A stretch of 45,661 bases of DNA from the NCBI GenBank assembly GCA_001179505.1, contig CDMY01000596.1:1-45661 (forward strand), given 5' to 3'. This stretch comes from Vitrella brassicaformis CCMP3155. Taxonomy: Eukaryota > Protista > Chromerida. The notes under the pieces are model-generated. The model saw only the letters and a list, made by a program, of their open reading frames with translations, ran no database searches and was not told the origin of the DNA. How positions within the stretch are numbered: position 1 is the first letter of the stretch; each line of letters starts with the position of its first letter. The position numbers and the translations under genes were made by a program. Positions 1 through 10,882 of the stretch are shown piece after piece.

Positions 1-353
1 CCGTTCCATGAGACAGGCCATGGCGGACAGGACGTCAGACAGGATGGACTGACGCATACTACATGTCCTACGTGGACTCTCCACAAAAACCACAGACCTT
101 ACGTTGCATTGACTTAATCCTTTATCCGGGACTGACCGCCCGGCAGATCCTCTCTTCACCATTCTCCCCGACTCTCTCCCACCTATTCTTACAATCTGCA
201 CCAGAGATCACGCCAGCCCGAACTTCAGCTCGCAGATATACCGCTGCCGTGCTCGAAGAAGCTCACAGCAATTCAGTGGCATCTCAGCTATCGTTTCCGC
301 GTAGACCATGAGATCCGGAGCATCAACGATGATCGTTGTGAGGTGACTTTTCG

Positions 354-2054
354 ATGGCCTTGCTTTCGGATCTGTCTGCTGCTGACGCTGATGCTCCGCA
401 TTCGAATGCTGCCCTTCTGGCCTGCAGCTGCCTCGCTGTCCTCGTTTTATCCATCTGGGCAGCCTGCCTGCTGCTTGTCAGGGGCAAGGGATGCCGCCGC
501 AGCTTCATGCACGCAGCCGAGCGAGTGCTGTTGGTCTTCGCACATCCCGACGACGAGGTCATGTTCTTCACGCCAACACTGGCGGAGATCCAGCGCCTCA
601 ATCAAGGGAGGAGGAGGCGCAACGAAAGCGAGATGGAGGTGCACTGGCTGTGCCTATCCACTGGTGGGTCGTTACCACGCAAGAGGTGGAAAATGCCCCT
701 CACCGTGTGATCGTGTTGTTGTGTGTGCGTGCGTCGTTCAGGCAACTATGATGGCTTGGGAGGTGTGCGTTCCAACGAGCTGATGCGATCGGCTGAGTCC
801 TTCGCCGTACCGGCAGACCGTGTGTGCATCGTCGATGAGGCGGACCTGCAAGATGGATGGGCGGAGTGGCCGACAGAGGCCACCTCTAATGCCGTATTCC
901 AGACACTGATCAAAGTGCGGCCCGACACGGTGAGGCTTCGTGTGTGACGTGACAGACAGCGGAGCCATGGGTGTGTGTTCTTCCGGCACGGCTCGCTCTT
1001 TTTATGTGAATGTGCAGATTCTGACGTTCGATGAGTGGGGCGTGTCGGGGCATCCTAATCATCGGGCCGTCGGCAAGGCCATCAAGTAAGCACAGCACAA
1101 GATACACGTGACTCTGCTGTGGAAGCTTCAAGGACTGCTGCTGCTGCTATTGGTGTGCAGGTCGCTTTATGAGCGGATGAACCCCTCGGCGAGGCTGGGT
1201 GTCTACCGACTGATCTCTACGCCCCTCGTCAGGAAGTACATCGGTATGGATACCAATGCGATACGCGGAATGCGTGTTGCCCAATGCAGTGCACCACAAT
1301 CTGCCCTCCTGTGCGCCCTTTCCTGTTTGTTTGCATGATCAGGCATGCTTGACGTGCCGCTTTCGTGGTGTCTCGACAGGCGTGTGTGCCCGTCCCCCCG
1401 CCCCTCCCCTCCCTCTCCGTCGTCGCTGCTCGCCCCCCCTGGATCCTTGTCTAGTCGTCCGAAGCTCGAGTTGAGGGCATTGGATGCCCTCCAGCTGTCG
1501 CCCCTGCGCGCCTTGCGGGGCATGATGAACCACAGGTCGCAGCTTGTGTGGTATCGCTACCTATTCGTCTTTTTCTCCAGGTGACACTCAACGAAACGAA
1601 CGAACGAACGAACGATTGTTGATGCGTCCCTTCGTGTGTGGGTCGATCGCATCGATCGCACAGGTATGTGTACATCAACACGTACGAGAGGCTCCTCCCT
1701 CCCCCGCCGGCCAAGCCCCCCGCGCTGCCCACGCTCGACATTCTAGCGCAGCACCTCATCTCAACTGAGATCGATGACACTGATGAGCTGATGGACCCCA
1801 GCCCGTCGACCTCTTCACCATTCAGCCATCCGGAACGCGCCTCGTCACCCGCGACCGACTGCCAGCAGACAAGTGGAGCAGCAGCAGGCTGTCCGCCACC
1901 CCGGCGGCATCGAAGGCGGCAGCAGAAGGGCAGCATGGCAGCCGGGGTGTCGGATGAAGCGGCGAGCGACTCCGTGGAGGGCGACAACGGCAGGGCGGCA
2001 TTGCGTCCGGGGGGAGAGGGGGAGGCGTGTGTTGCGGAGGAAGACACTGGATGA
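354..2054 (+). CDS. PIGL: N-acetylglucosaminyl-phosphatidylinositol de-N-acetylase (GPI biosynthesis, PIG-L family), 6 exons
   Basis: Exons 354-663, 742-929, 1018-1085, 1161-1243, 1343-1580 and 1664-2054 join in frame at GT-AG sites. N-terminal TM anchor, then LLVFAHPDDEVMFF, CLSTGNYDGLG..R..EL, ILTFDEWGVSGHPNH, LISTPLVRKYIG and HRSQLVWYRYLFVFFSRYVYIN, all PIG-L family motifs. Confidence 0.93.
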
Positions 2055-2381
2055 GGATAGAGACAGACAGATGTCTTCTGTGTGTGATATATGAGACATT
2101 GGCATTTTATGGCTGGCTCTTTCGATTCAGTGTGCCGCACGTGCACAGAGAGGAGGGGCTTCTGATTGTGCGGTGGTGAACGCTTTTGTTTGTTGCATAT
2201 ATCGGACCTGACCGACCTTTTCTTTCCCTTTTCGATTACACACACGACATGTGAAACGATTGCGGAAGGCATGAGAAATTGACACGCTTCACAAACACAC
2301 ATGGGCACGAACCAGCACATTCACAAGATCCGTCTCCGCCCACGCGGCACAATCCTCACGCGCCCACAGACAGACGCACCC

Positions 2382-5127
2382 TCACGACCGTCGCTTCGCA
2401 GTCGACTTCAACCGATCGAAAAAATCTTGCATCTCAGCATCATTATCGGCTGCTGCCCCTCCGTCATCATCCCCGCCACCCAGCGATGCCGCAGCAGCAG
2501 CTGCTGCTGCTGCTGCTGGTCCGGGTGCTCGCCCCTGTGTCATCCCCCCTCTGCCCCGGCCTCTCCCGGTGAACATGCCCCTGGGTGGCGCAAAGAATGG
2601 CGGCACCGACCGAGGTGCTGGTGGGTTGTGGATGGCCTGGGGAGGTGGTACGATGGGCCGCCAGGGGGCTGCAGATGAGGGGGCGGGGTGGTACGGGTTG
2701 GGGGGGTTCTGGTCGAGGAAGATGGAGTCAGCGGGGGTCATCATCTCGTCACCGTCCCTCTGGTAGCAGAGAAGGAGCAGATGGATTGGGCGGCTGTGTG
2801 TTGGTTTGGAAATTGCTGACCTGGGGTGCGTGTGTGCGTGCGAAGGCCGTGGGTGGTCCGTCCACTGATGAGTCGAGCGGTCTCTTGGTGCGCGACCCGC
2901 CACTTGACGATGACGAGAGCCCCTGAGCTGCGATGACCTGCACCATGGATGGGCAACACACACGACACGGCCGGCCATGAGAGGGTTGATGTGGGGAGCC
3001 GTGTGTGGTGCCATCCATCCATCCACCCTGTGTGCCATACATTTAGGCTGCGTAGTGAGATGATGAACAGTTTTCCCGTGGGTCCCTCCTCGAAGGCCGT
3101 CACCTGACACAGAGACAGACAGACAGACACGTTTATGGATGAATGAGACGGGGAGTGATCGACACGGACGTCGTTGAGTATGAGCGTCGCCCCGTGCTGC
3201 AGGGTGTGTGCAGACGCCTGCCACGCCTGAGACAAGGCAGGCAGCAAAGGACAAGGAGGAATAATCGACCGTGTGTGCAAATGGTTCGGGGTTTTCCTGT
3301 ACGGTGGCCGGCTTACGTCGCGCTGCACGACGGCAGGCATCTGCCCCGTTGGGTCCTGAGAACAAGGATACAGAGCATTGCAGACAGGCCAGTGGCGTGG
3401 GGTGCGCACAGGTTCTGTGTGTCTTACTGCGACGAGTATGACGGTCCCATCGTCAGAGGACTTGATGACGCTCTTGAGCAGAACCAACATCTGCGGCACC
3501 TACACACACACCACACACGCACAGCACAGGCGAGGAGGTGCATGCCATGCGATCCTCTCTCTATACGGCCGTGGTGGCGTCACCTTCATGAAAGGTTTGT
3601 TGGACCGCAGGATGGACGCAATGTTGTTCTTAGCCACGAAACTATGGACACAGCAACCACTCCACACAAACCTGGGTGGGTGCGGTGCGTGTGAGGGTCA
3701 TGGGTACCTACCTATTGGCGCTTGCAGGGTCGCTTTGCGATGGGTAGTAGGTCTTGCCGACGTGAAAATCTAACCACACACAACAGAGAGGCAAATGGGC
3801 CATCGCGGGGCTGGGCGTGTTGTGTTGTGTTGGGTGTGGTTTGCCTACCGTCATGAACAGGCAGCCCGAGGGCCTCCAGGGCCTCCATCCACGATGCAAA
3901 GTCACCCAAGAAATCTGACAAACGAAAGAAGGATTGAGATTGACACATGACGCCTTTGTCTTCGCAGCGCAGCATATTGATCACATACATGGTTTTCCGG
4001 CGTCAGCGTCACCATCGTCGTCATCCTCCTCCTCATCGTCGCCCCCACCGTCACCATCCTCACTAAGCAGACAAGAACACACACAGCGGCATGACTGACT
4101 GTAGGTGCAGTGCAGTGCACCTGGCCAGCCAGCCTACTTACTGCTTCATTCTCTTCATCTTGATGGCCCTCCGCCTGCCCATCTGCAGCCCCGCCGGACC
4201 AGGCAGCCGCATCGGACCCCCATCGCCCTCGTCGCCCACCTCATCCAACATGAAAGCATCCATGCCATCATCACCACCACCACCACGGCCTCCCCCCTCC
4301 CTCTCCCCCCCTCTGCTGTGCGATGCCTGTGATGAGGCCGCCAGTGACGACTGCACGACGCCCGAGAACGGCTTCTTGACTACCGTGCCGGGCTTCATGA
4401 GCAGGCCGCCAGCCAGTCTCTTGAGTGGCCGGGGATGGTTTGCCGTGAGCTGCGATGGCATGAAGGGCGCGGGAGGGGGAGGGGGAGGGGGAGGGGGCAT
4501 GGAGGCCTGTGACGGAGGCGGGCGGAAGGGACGATTGTTGCTATTGTATGCGGCGCTGGCCTGTGGCGCCCTCTGGCTCTGCCAGAAGGGGGGCTGCTCC
4601 GATGCGGCGACGGGGTTGTCCGATGCGATGTCGTCCCAGGCCTGGCTGCTGCCGTCGTCGCGCCCAGATTGGTATGCTCTTCCGTTGCTCGGCTGGGAAG
4701 GTCCCGTCGGATGACGAAACTGCGCACCGCCCAGCGGTCGAAGCCCTGCAGGTCGCTGGGACGCCCGGAATGGAGGCTGCTGCGATGGAGGGAAGGGCGG
4801 CTGAGAGGGTAGGTGGTCCTGCGATGCCAGACCACCACTCTGCGACAAGAACGCGCCCTGCAGACCACCTCCGAACAGCCGCCTGCCGCCACCTTGTCCG
4901 CCTGCCGCTGCTGCCGCTGCTGGTGCTGCTGCTTCGCCTCCACTGTTTGACTGGATCAGCGGTCGGTTTGGCCCAGTCGGCTGCTGGAACGCTCGTCTGA
5001 AGCCCAGGGCTCCTCTGTTGAATCCGAACCGCCGGGCGGGCGCGGCCGGCTGTCGAAACGAAGGGTCCGGTGCAGCTGAAGCAGAGCCGACGCCCTCATC
5101 TTGCGAACTGCACAGAAACGCGTCCAT
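2382..5127 (-). CDS. HROB: HROB/MCM8IP (C17orf53)-like OB-fold protein, multi-exon
   Basis: First ATG at 5127 (MDAFLCSSQDEG), followed by a long low-complexity N-terminus. Spliced core (~3910-2930): DFASWMEALEALGL...FVAKNNIASILRSNKPFMKMLVLLKSVIKSSDDGTVILVADPTGQMPAVVQRD...LQHGATLILNDVTAF...LFIISLRSLNVI. This matches the HROB pattern as I recall it (DF..W, IKS, DPTG.M, L..G..L.L). The 3' end (stop 2382-2384) is less certain. Confidence 0.72.
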
Positions 5128-5189
5128 CTTGATTTCAATGTGTTTACACAGAAAGCTCGCAATCGAAGGGAAGCACACGGCAGAGCGGA
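5128..5189. promoter_or_regulatory. Very short divergent intergenic segment between HROB-like and NFU1 start codons
   Basis: Minus-strand ATG at 5127 and plus-strand ATG at 5190 (alternative 5211). Promoter function is inferred. Confidence 0.45.
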
Positions 5190-6802
5190 ATGCAGCGGAC
5201 CGTTCGTTCGATGCTTCGGCAGCATGGCTGTCGGAGGTTTGTTTCAGATCACGGCGCAGCGGACGCGCGGAGAGCACTTCGGCATCTCCTCGAGCAGGGT
5301 AGGTGCTTCGCGAGCGTCACGCTGCAGACGATGGACACGCCGAACCCACAGGTGGATATGTGAATAGGGAGGGAGGACAATGAAAGAATGCTGTTGACTG
5401 TCATGTCTGTCTGTCTGTCTATCCGTTCGTGTGTCAGGCGAAGATGTTTGAGGCTCGTGAGTCGTCGCGTGCGCAGGCCGTGACGATATTGCCCGACGAG
5501 GTCAAGGAGAACAGCTTCTTCTACCCATCGCAGAGTGGGAACACCACATGAGCACGACACGGCGCTGTTCGCCGCACTGTGTATCCGTCTGTCGTGCGCA
5601 TCGCATCTGTGTGTGTCGTCAGAGAACCCCCCATCGCCCCTTGCTGCGTCACTCCTGCAGGTCAGTTCTAACCAGAGAGCAGTCGAGAAACACACGAGGC
5701 GGACTGATGTGTGCCATGTGTTGGTCAGATCCCTGGTGTGAAGAGTGTGTTGCTGGGCCACAGCTACGTGTCGGTGACCAAGGAGGACACGTCTGCGTGG
5801 GACGAGCTGGAGCATCACCTCAGGGAGATGCTCAAGAGCCACCTCGACCAAGAGAAGACCATCATCGAAACAGAAGGTGCCTGCGAACGGCCCATCACAT
5901 AATCCACGTAGCTTCGTTCTGGGTGCAGTGTGTCCTTGCTGCATGTGTGTGGTAGGTATGGGTGAGCCCGCTGCGGCCAAGGAGGAAAGCCCCAGAGGTG
6001 AGGGCGAAGACGATGAAGACGGAGAGGACGACGACGACGACGAAGACGTCGTGTCGAAAGTAAAGGTACGTCAAATCAATCCGCCGACCCGAGTGCCGTC
6101 TGCATGACACTGTGTTTCAGTTAGTCACGGTCGCTTGGCTACCTGTGTTGCCTTCTTCATGTGTGTCTGTCAGAGCCTGATTGATATCCGTGTGCGGCCC
6201 TTCGTCCAGTCGGATGGTACGGTACCAACACACACACGCCCATGGGGGGGATGCAATCGGTGACACGGGGTGAGGTGATCGGGTGGGGTGCTGTGTTTGT
6301 CTCCCGTGCGGTGCGGTGGGTGCGTCAGGCGGCGATGTGGAGTTCATTCGATTCGACGACGCCAACGGGGTAAGTCAGTCAGTCATGTGGCACTCACTTG
6401 TCTTGTTGCATGTGATGTGTGATGCGATCGATGTATGTATGTATTGGATGGCATGCAATGCATTGATTGCATCATGGCCATGCATGGTGTTGTGTGCACT
6501 GCAGGTCGTGTGGGTGCACATGAAGGGTTCGTGCGAGGGCTGCCCCAGCTCAACCATCACCGTCAAACGCGGAATGGCCGAAATGCTCAAGTACTTCATC
6601 CCTGAGGTAGGGAGGGAGGTGTGGCACACACGACCACTCGTAAAAATGTGCTGTCTGTCTGTCTGTCTGTATCTACCTGCCGCCCTCCCCTCCCCTCCCT
6701 GCCCCCTCCCTGCCTGTGGACCGATTGACTGCCAAGGTTGAGGATGTGCGGACGTGTGACGAGAATGGCGACCCCTTGGACGAGGGCGAGGATGACGCGT
6801 GA
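5190..6802 (+). CDS. NFU1: Mitochondrial NFU1-type iron-sulfur cluster scaffold/carrier (NifU C-terminal domain), multi-exon
   Basis: Arg-rich presequence-like N-terminus (MQRTVRSMLRQHGCRR...), then TLQTMDTPNP, SPLAASLLQIPGVKSVLLG, acidic linker, LIDIRVRPFVQSDGGDVEF, MKGSCEGCPSSTITVKRG..MLKYFIPEV with the CxxC motif. Stop TGA at 6800-6802. Confidence 0.93.
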
Positions 6803-8969
6803 ATCAATCAATGGATGGCGGCCCCCGGCAGACCTGCATACATGTGCTAACTAGCTTGTGAGAGCTTGTTGGTTGGTTGATGTGTGTGTCAATGTTGTGG
6901 CTGCTGGTTCCCGGGCCGCTGTGCACTGCAGGAAGGCACAATCAGACACAAACGATTGCTGCCCCCCTAAGTTGTGCGGCGTCGTGGGAAGCCACAGCCA
7001 CAGCACCACACACCATGTGATGTGTGCTGCGTCGAGTTTTTGACCGACCCACAGACAGAGATGCGGGGACAGCCGATGTTCTAGCGCTCACCTCGACGCC
7101 ATGGCCTTTTTCTTGGCCGGTGGTGTGGGTGTGGAGGGATCTTGTACAGAGAGGCAGGCAGACAGACAGCGTGGCTGGGTTAGATTGACCGAGTGCGTGT
7201 GTGTGAGTGTCTGTCTGTCTGTCTGTCTGTCTGTGGCGATGTAGGGTGGTGGTGCGTGGTGTACAGCTCAGAAGGTAAGAGGTATACGATGGTAGGTTGG
7301 GTTGACCAACTCTCAGCAAAGCATGCATCTACACGAGTCCATTGGTTGAGAGTCCAAGAGAGAAACACTTAGCTGTCGATTGGAGGTCGCGCACCAGCAC
7401 GGAGCGTTATCCCGACAGGCAGACAGACACGCCACGACATGCAATGCTATGCTATGGTACGGTGGGTGACTCATCTTCAATTGGCATGACTGACACAAAT
7501 GCATTCATTCTTGCAGACACGAGAGAGCGAGAAACCAATCAGCACAGCCAATTAGGGCGGCCCACACCAACACGTACCTTTGTACCGACCGACATGGGGA
7601 GACAGAGAGAGAGGCGCGAGAGAGACAGAAAGACAGAGAGCGAAAAAGGCGAGAGAGCGTGTGTGTATGGGTCATCATTCAGGAGGCGGGCGCGTGCATA
7701 GAAACATATCACACACACACAGACACATCCAGTATACTCACCGAGACACACAGACATACATACATCTGTCTGTGTGTCTTTGGGTACGATCGATAGCAAT
7801 GGTAAGGCAGGCAGGCAGGCCGGTAAGGGTGACGCAGACACCTTTCATGTCTTGTACACGCACACCCCACCACACCAGGCCACGCCACACGCCCAGTAGT
7901 GCCCTCCCCTCGCTGGCTGACCAACATATGCACATAAAATGCCGCCCATCAATCCATACCGATGTCTGCCGGGTGCATGGCCATTCGGAATTCTCCATCC
8001 ATCCATCCAGCACACCCCCGCCAGCCGACAAATGAATTGCCGTGCGTACGCCCACCGTAAACACATCGTGCTGTCATCATATCCCTCACGTCCCACATGC
8101 AATTAGATATCGCCCATTCCCGACTATTTGTTGTCGCGTCCCGGTCTGCACATTCTCAACGTCTCTCGCTATCATCCATCGCCGTCTACCTCCCCATGCA
8201 TATGGGAGACCTGACCAAGAGAGACTGGCCGCTTGAAGCCAGCAGCCCCTCTCCATTGGCCCGGTGCCGCGATATGCGTGGCGAGGCGTCATGGGACAAA
8301 TGACTCGCAGAGAGCCCACAGAGACGCTTAGACACGCTCACCCACTCCTTGGCTCGGTTGCCACATGGCACTCACTGATCAGGGGGGATACAGGTGATGG
8401 ATAAAAAACCATGCGCCCGTCCGGGCAGGCAGGCTGGCAGATGAGAGCCCCAAAGGCGAGGCGAGCAGCGCCACAGCATAGAGTAAGTCTACATGCCACG
8501 TGTGTATGTCATGGCGCTGCCTGCCTCTTTGCCTCCCTCCGTATGCCCCTCTGTCTGTCTGTGTTGGTCTGTGTTGCATCCCTTGCAGACAGACAGATGG
8601 CTTCCTTCGTGTGTGTCCCTCCCTGCTTTGCCACGGTCTGTCAGATCGCCCCGGTGTCATTGCCACGGGCGCGAGCACTCACTCACTCACTCACTAGCAC
8701 ACAACACGAGTTATGCAAGAAAGCCATCCAGGCAGCTACAAGAAGCCACCACGACCACCACCAGCAGCAGCAGCAGCGTCAGCGTATCTACAGGCAGGCA
8801 GGCAGGCCACAGCCAAAAAGCCATCAAAAACAAGACGACCCCCCGTCAAGTCAATTCGCCACCCGTTTGTCTGTCTATGCACAACAAATGAACACTCCCC
8901 TCCCCATCCCTCCCCATCCCATCAGCTGCTATGCCATGTGGTGAGCACATGCAATGGAATGGATGGATG

Positions 8970-10845
8970 CTATCTGCCCGTCCCCCTGTCCGACAGGCTC
9001 TGTCTGTGCCTCGCTATCGCCGAAGCGTGGGGCGTCGGCGTCATCGCCTCGCCACCACCACCACCACCGACCTCATCCCCGCCACTTCCACGTGCACCCC
9101 GGCCCCCGCCCCCGTCACCGTCACCGTCCATGGCCGATAGCTGCAGGGTGGTCTCGATTGTCCTCCGCTCCTCCTCCTCCCTCTCGGCCGTCTCCATCGA
9201 CAGCTGCAGCGCGTCCTGGAGGATGCGGTCGCTGTCGCTGTCAGATGTGGAGTCGCCCAGGCCCTGCCACTCCGATTGCCGTGGCGGAATGTGCAGACAG
9301 TCGATTGGCTGTGCCCCGGCGCTGCGTGACCGCCTTCTCCTCTGCTGATGGTGTGGCTGCTGGTTGTGGTGCTGCTGGTGGCCGTTGGATGGCTCGCGCG
9401 TCCGTCTGTGTGGGTGGGGGTGGGGGTCGCTCGACTGTGACCGTCTTGGCCTCCCCCTCTGGTGGTCGGTGTTACAGCGGCCGGTGGTCAGCGTCACTCT
9501 CGACCGCTCGTGTGGGGGGACGGGGGGCGGCAGCGGCACCACAATCGGCTCCAGAGCCCTCTCGGGCCGTGTGTGTCGCCTGTCGCGCCTCATGTGCTGC
9601 AGCTGCTGCTGGTGCAGTGCGAGAGACGCACGGATGGCCACGCGGAGCTCCTCCTCTTCACGCCTGCGCGCCGCCTCGCTCCGTGAGTTGCGCCGGGAGT
9701 TGCGGGCAGACCCACCGGCCGATGATGCGGACGTGCCTGACCGGCCGCCGCCTCTGCTCGTCCGCCGCTGTGTGTCGCCACCCACGGCCGACCGAGCCGC
9801 TGACGCACGGACCTTCTTGGGTCTGTGAAGAATGGCAACACAGAGGTGTGTGTTGCGTGTGTGCGTGTCTTGGCTTCTTCTTCGGCTGCTCACCTCAGGC
9901 AGCAGAATAGGAAAGATGAGAGGCAGGAGAGGAGGAGCAAGCCAATGGCGCCCAGCAGGCCGACCAGCACTGAGGCTGACCATAGCAGGCACAGACACAC
10001 AGATAGCAGCAGGAGGCATGAGAATGACGGCGCCTTATGTGTGTGTGTGTGAAGGCATACAGGGTATGGCGTCTCTGATGGGCTTGGGCACCCAGCTGAT
10101 GATCTTCTCCACCAAACCCAGCTCTGGACATTGGCCACAAACACATCAGACGTATGCCAGAGGCTCCACACATCTGATGTGCACGTGTGTGTGTGTCTGC
10201 CCGACCTTCCTCCTCCGTCAGCCCTTCCAGCTTGTAATCCTCTGTGCGAACAAACCACACACGAACACGCAAAAGACGAGACCGTGAGACCCCCTCAGCC
10301 CTTCTGTGTGCCCCACCCTCTCTCTGTGCCCTCACTCACCAATGTGTGCCACCTCGGCATAGTCACCAAAGTTGCCCTGCCTGAGTGAGCTGCTGGGGTT
10401 GCGCAGCTCCTGCTGCAGCACCACTATGGCCTCGGCCGCACTCGGCTCCGTCTGCCTGAGCGTCTTGTCCTTGGAGGGCACCACCCTGAAGTGGATCTTG
10501 AGGGGCGTGCTGTCCGTGTCGACGCTGATGTCCTTGATGCGGCCGTGGGAGATGCCCAGGGCGCGGGCGACGGACGCGTGGAAGAGCTCCTGGAAGGCCT
10601 CGATGGACCCCAGCTTGGACTTGATCTTCTCGACGTCCATCAGCACTGACATGGTGGCCTGACGGGCGGGCAGGGGAAGGAAAGAAACAATGGAGACGTG
10701 TGAGTGTTTGTTGTGTATGAAGTTGCTGCTGTTGCTTCAGTGTGGGCGTATTACCACGACGATGGGCTGCCCCTGCACACAAGTGCGGCCGTCGCCCACG
10801 TAGCCCTTGATGCAGGCGCAGAAGTAACCACCCTGATCACACACG

Positions 10846-10882
<37 letters not shown>

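Noticed and set aside
1-353. Short ORFs upstream of PIG-L
   Set aside because: No recognisable motifs or splice structure; treated as promoter/UTR or the edge of a neighbouring locus.
4091-5000. Plus-strand ORFs antisense to HROB exon 1, and the many similar antisense ORFs over RPA2, DENND6 and the receptor gene
   Set aside because: Shadow ORFs expected in GC-rich coding DNA. They carry no motifs and are explained by the opposite-strand gene.
8970-10019. 349-aa ORF as a stand-alone gene
   Set aside because: Its 5' part is intron and out-of-frame TM exon. The real exon starts at an acceptor near 9827 and is the tail of the 15574 gene.
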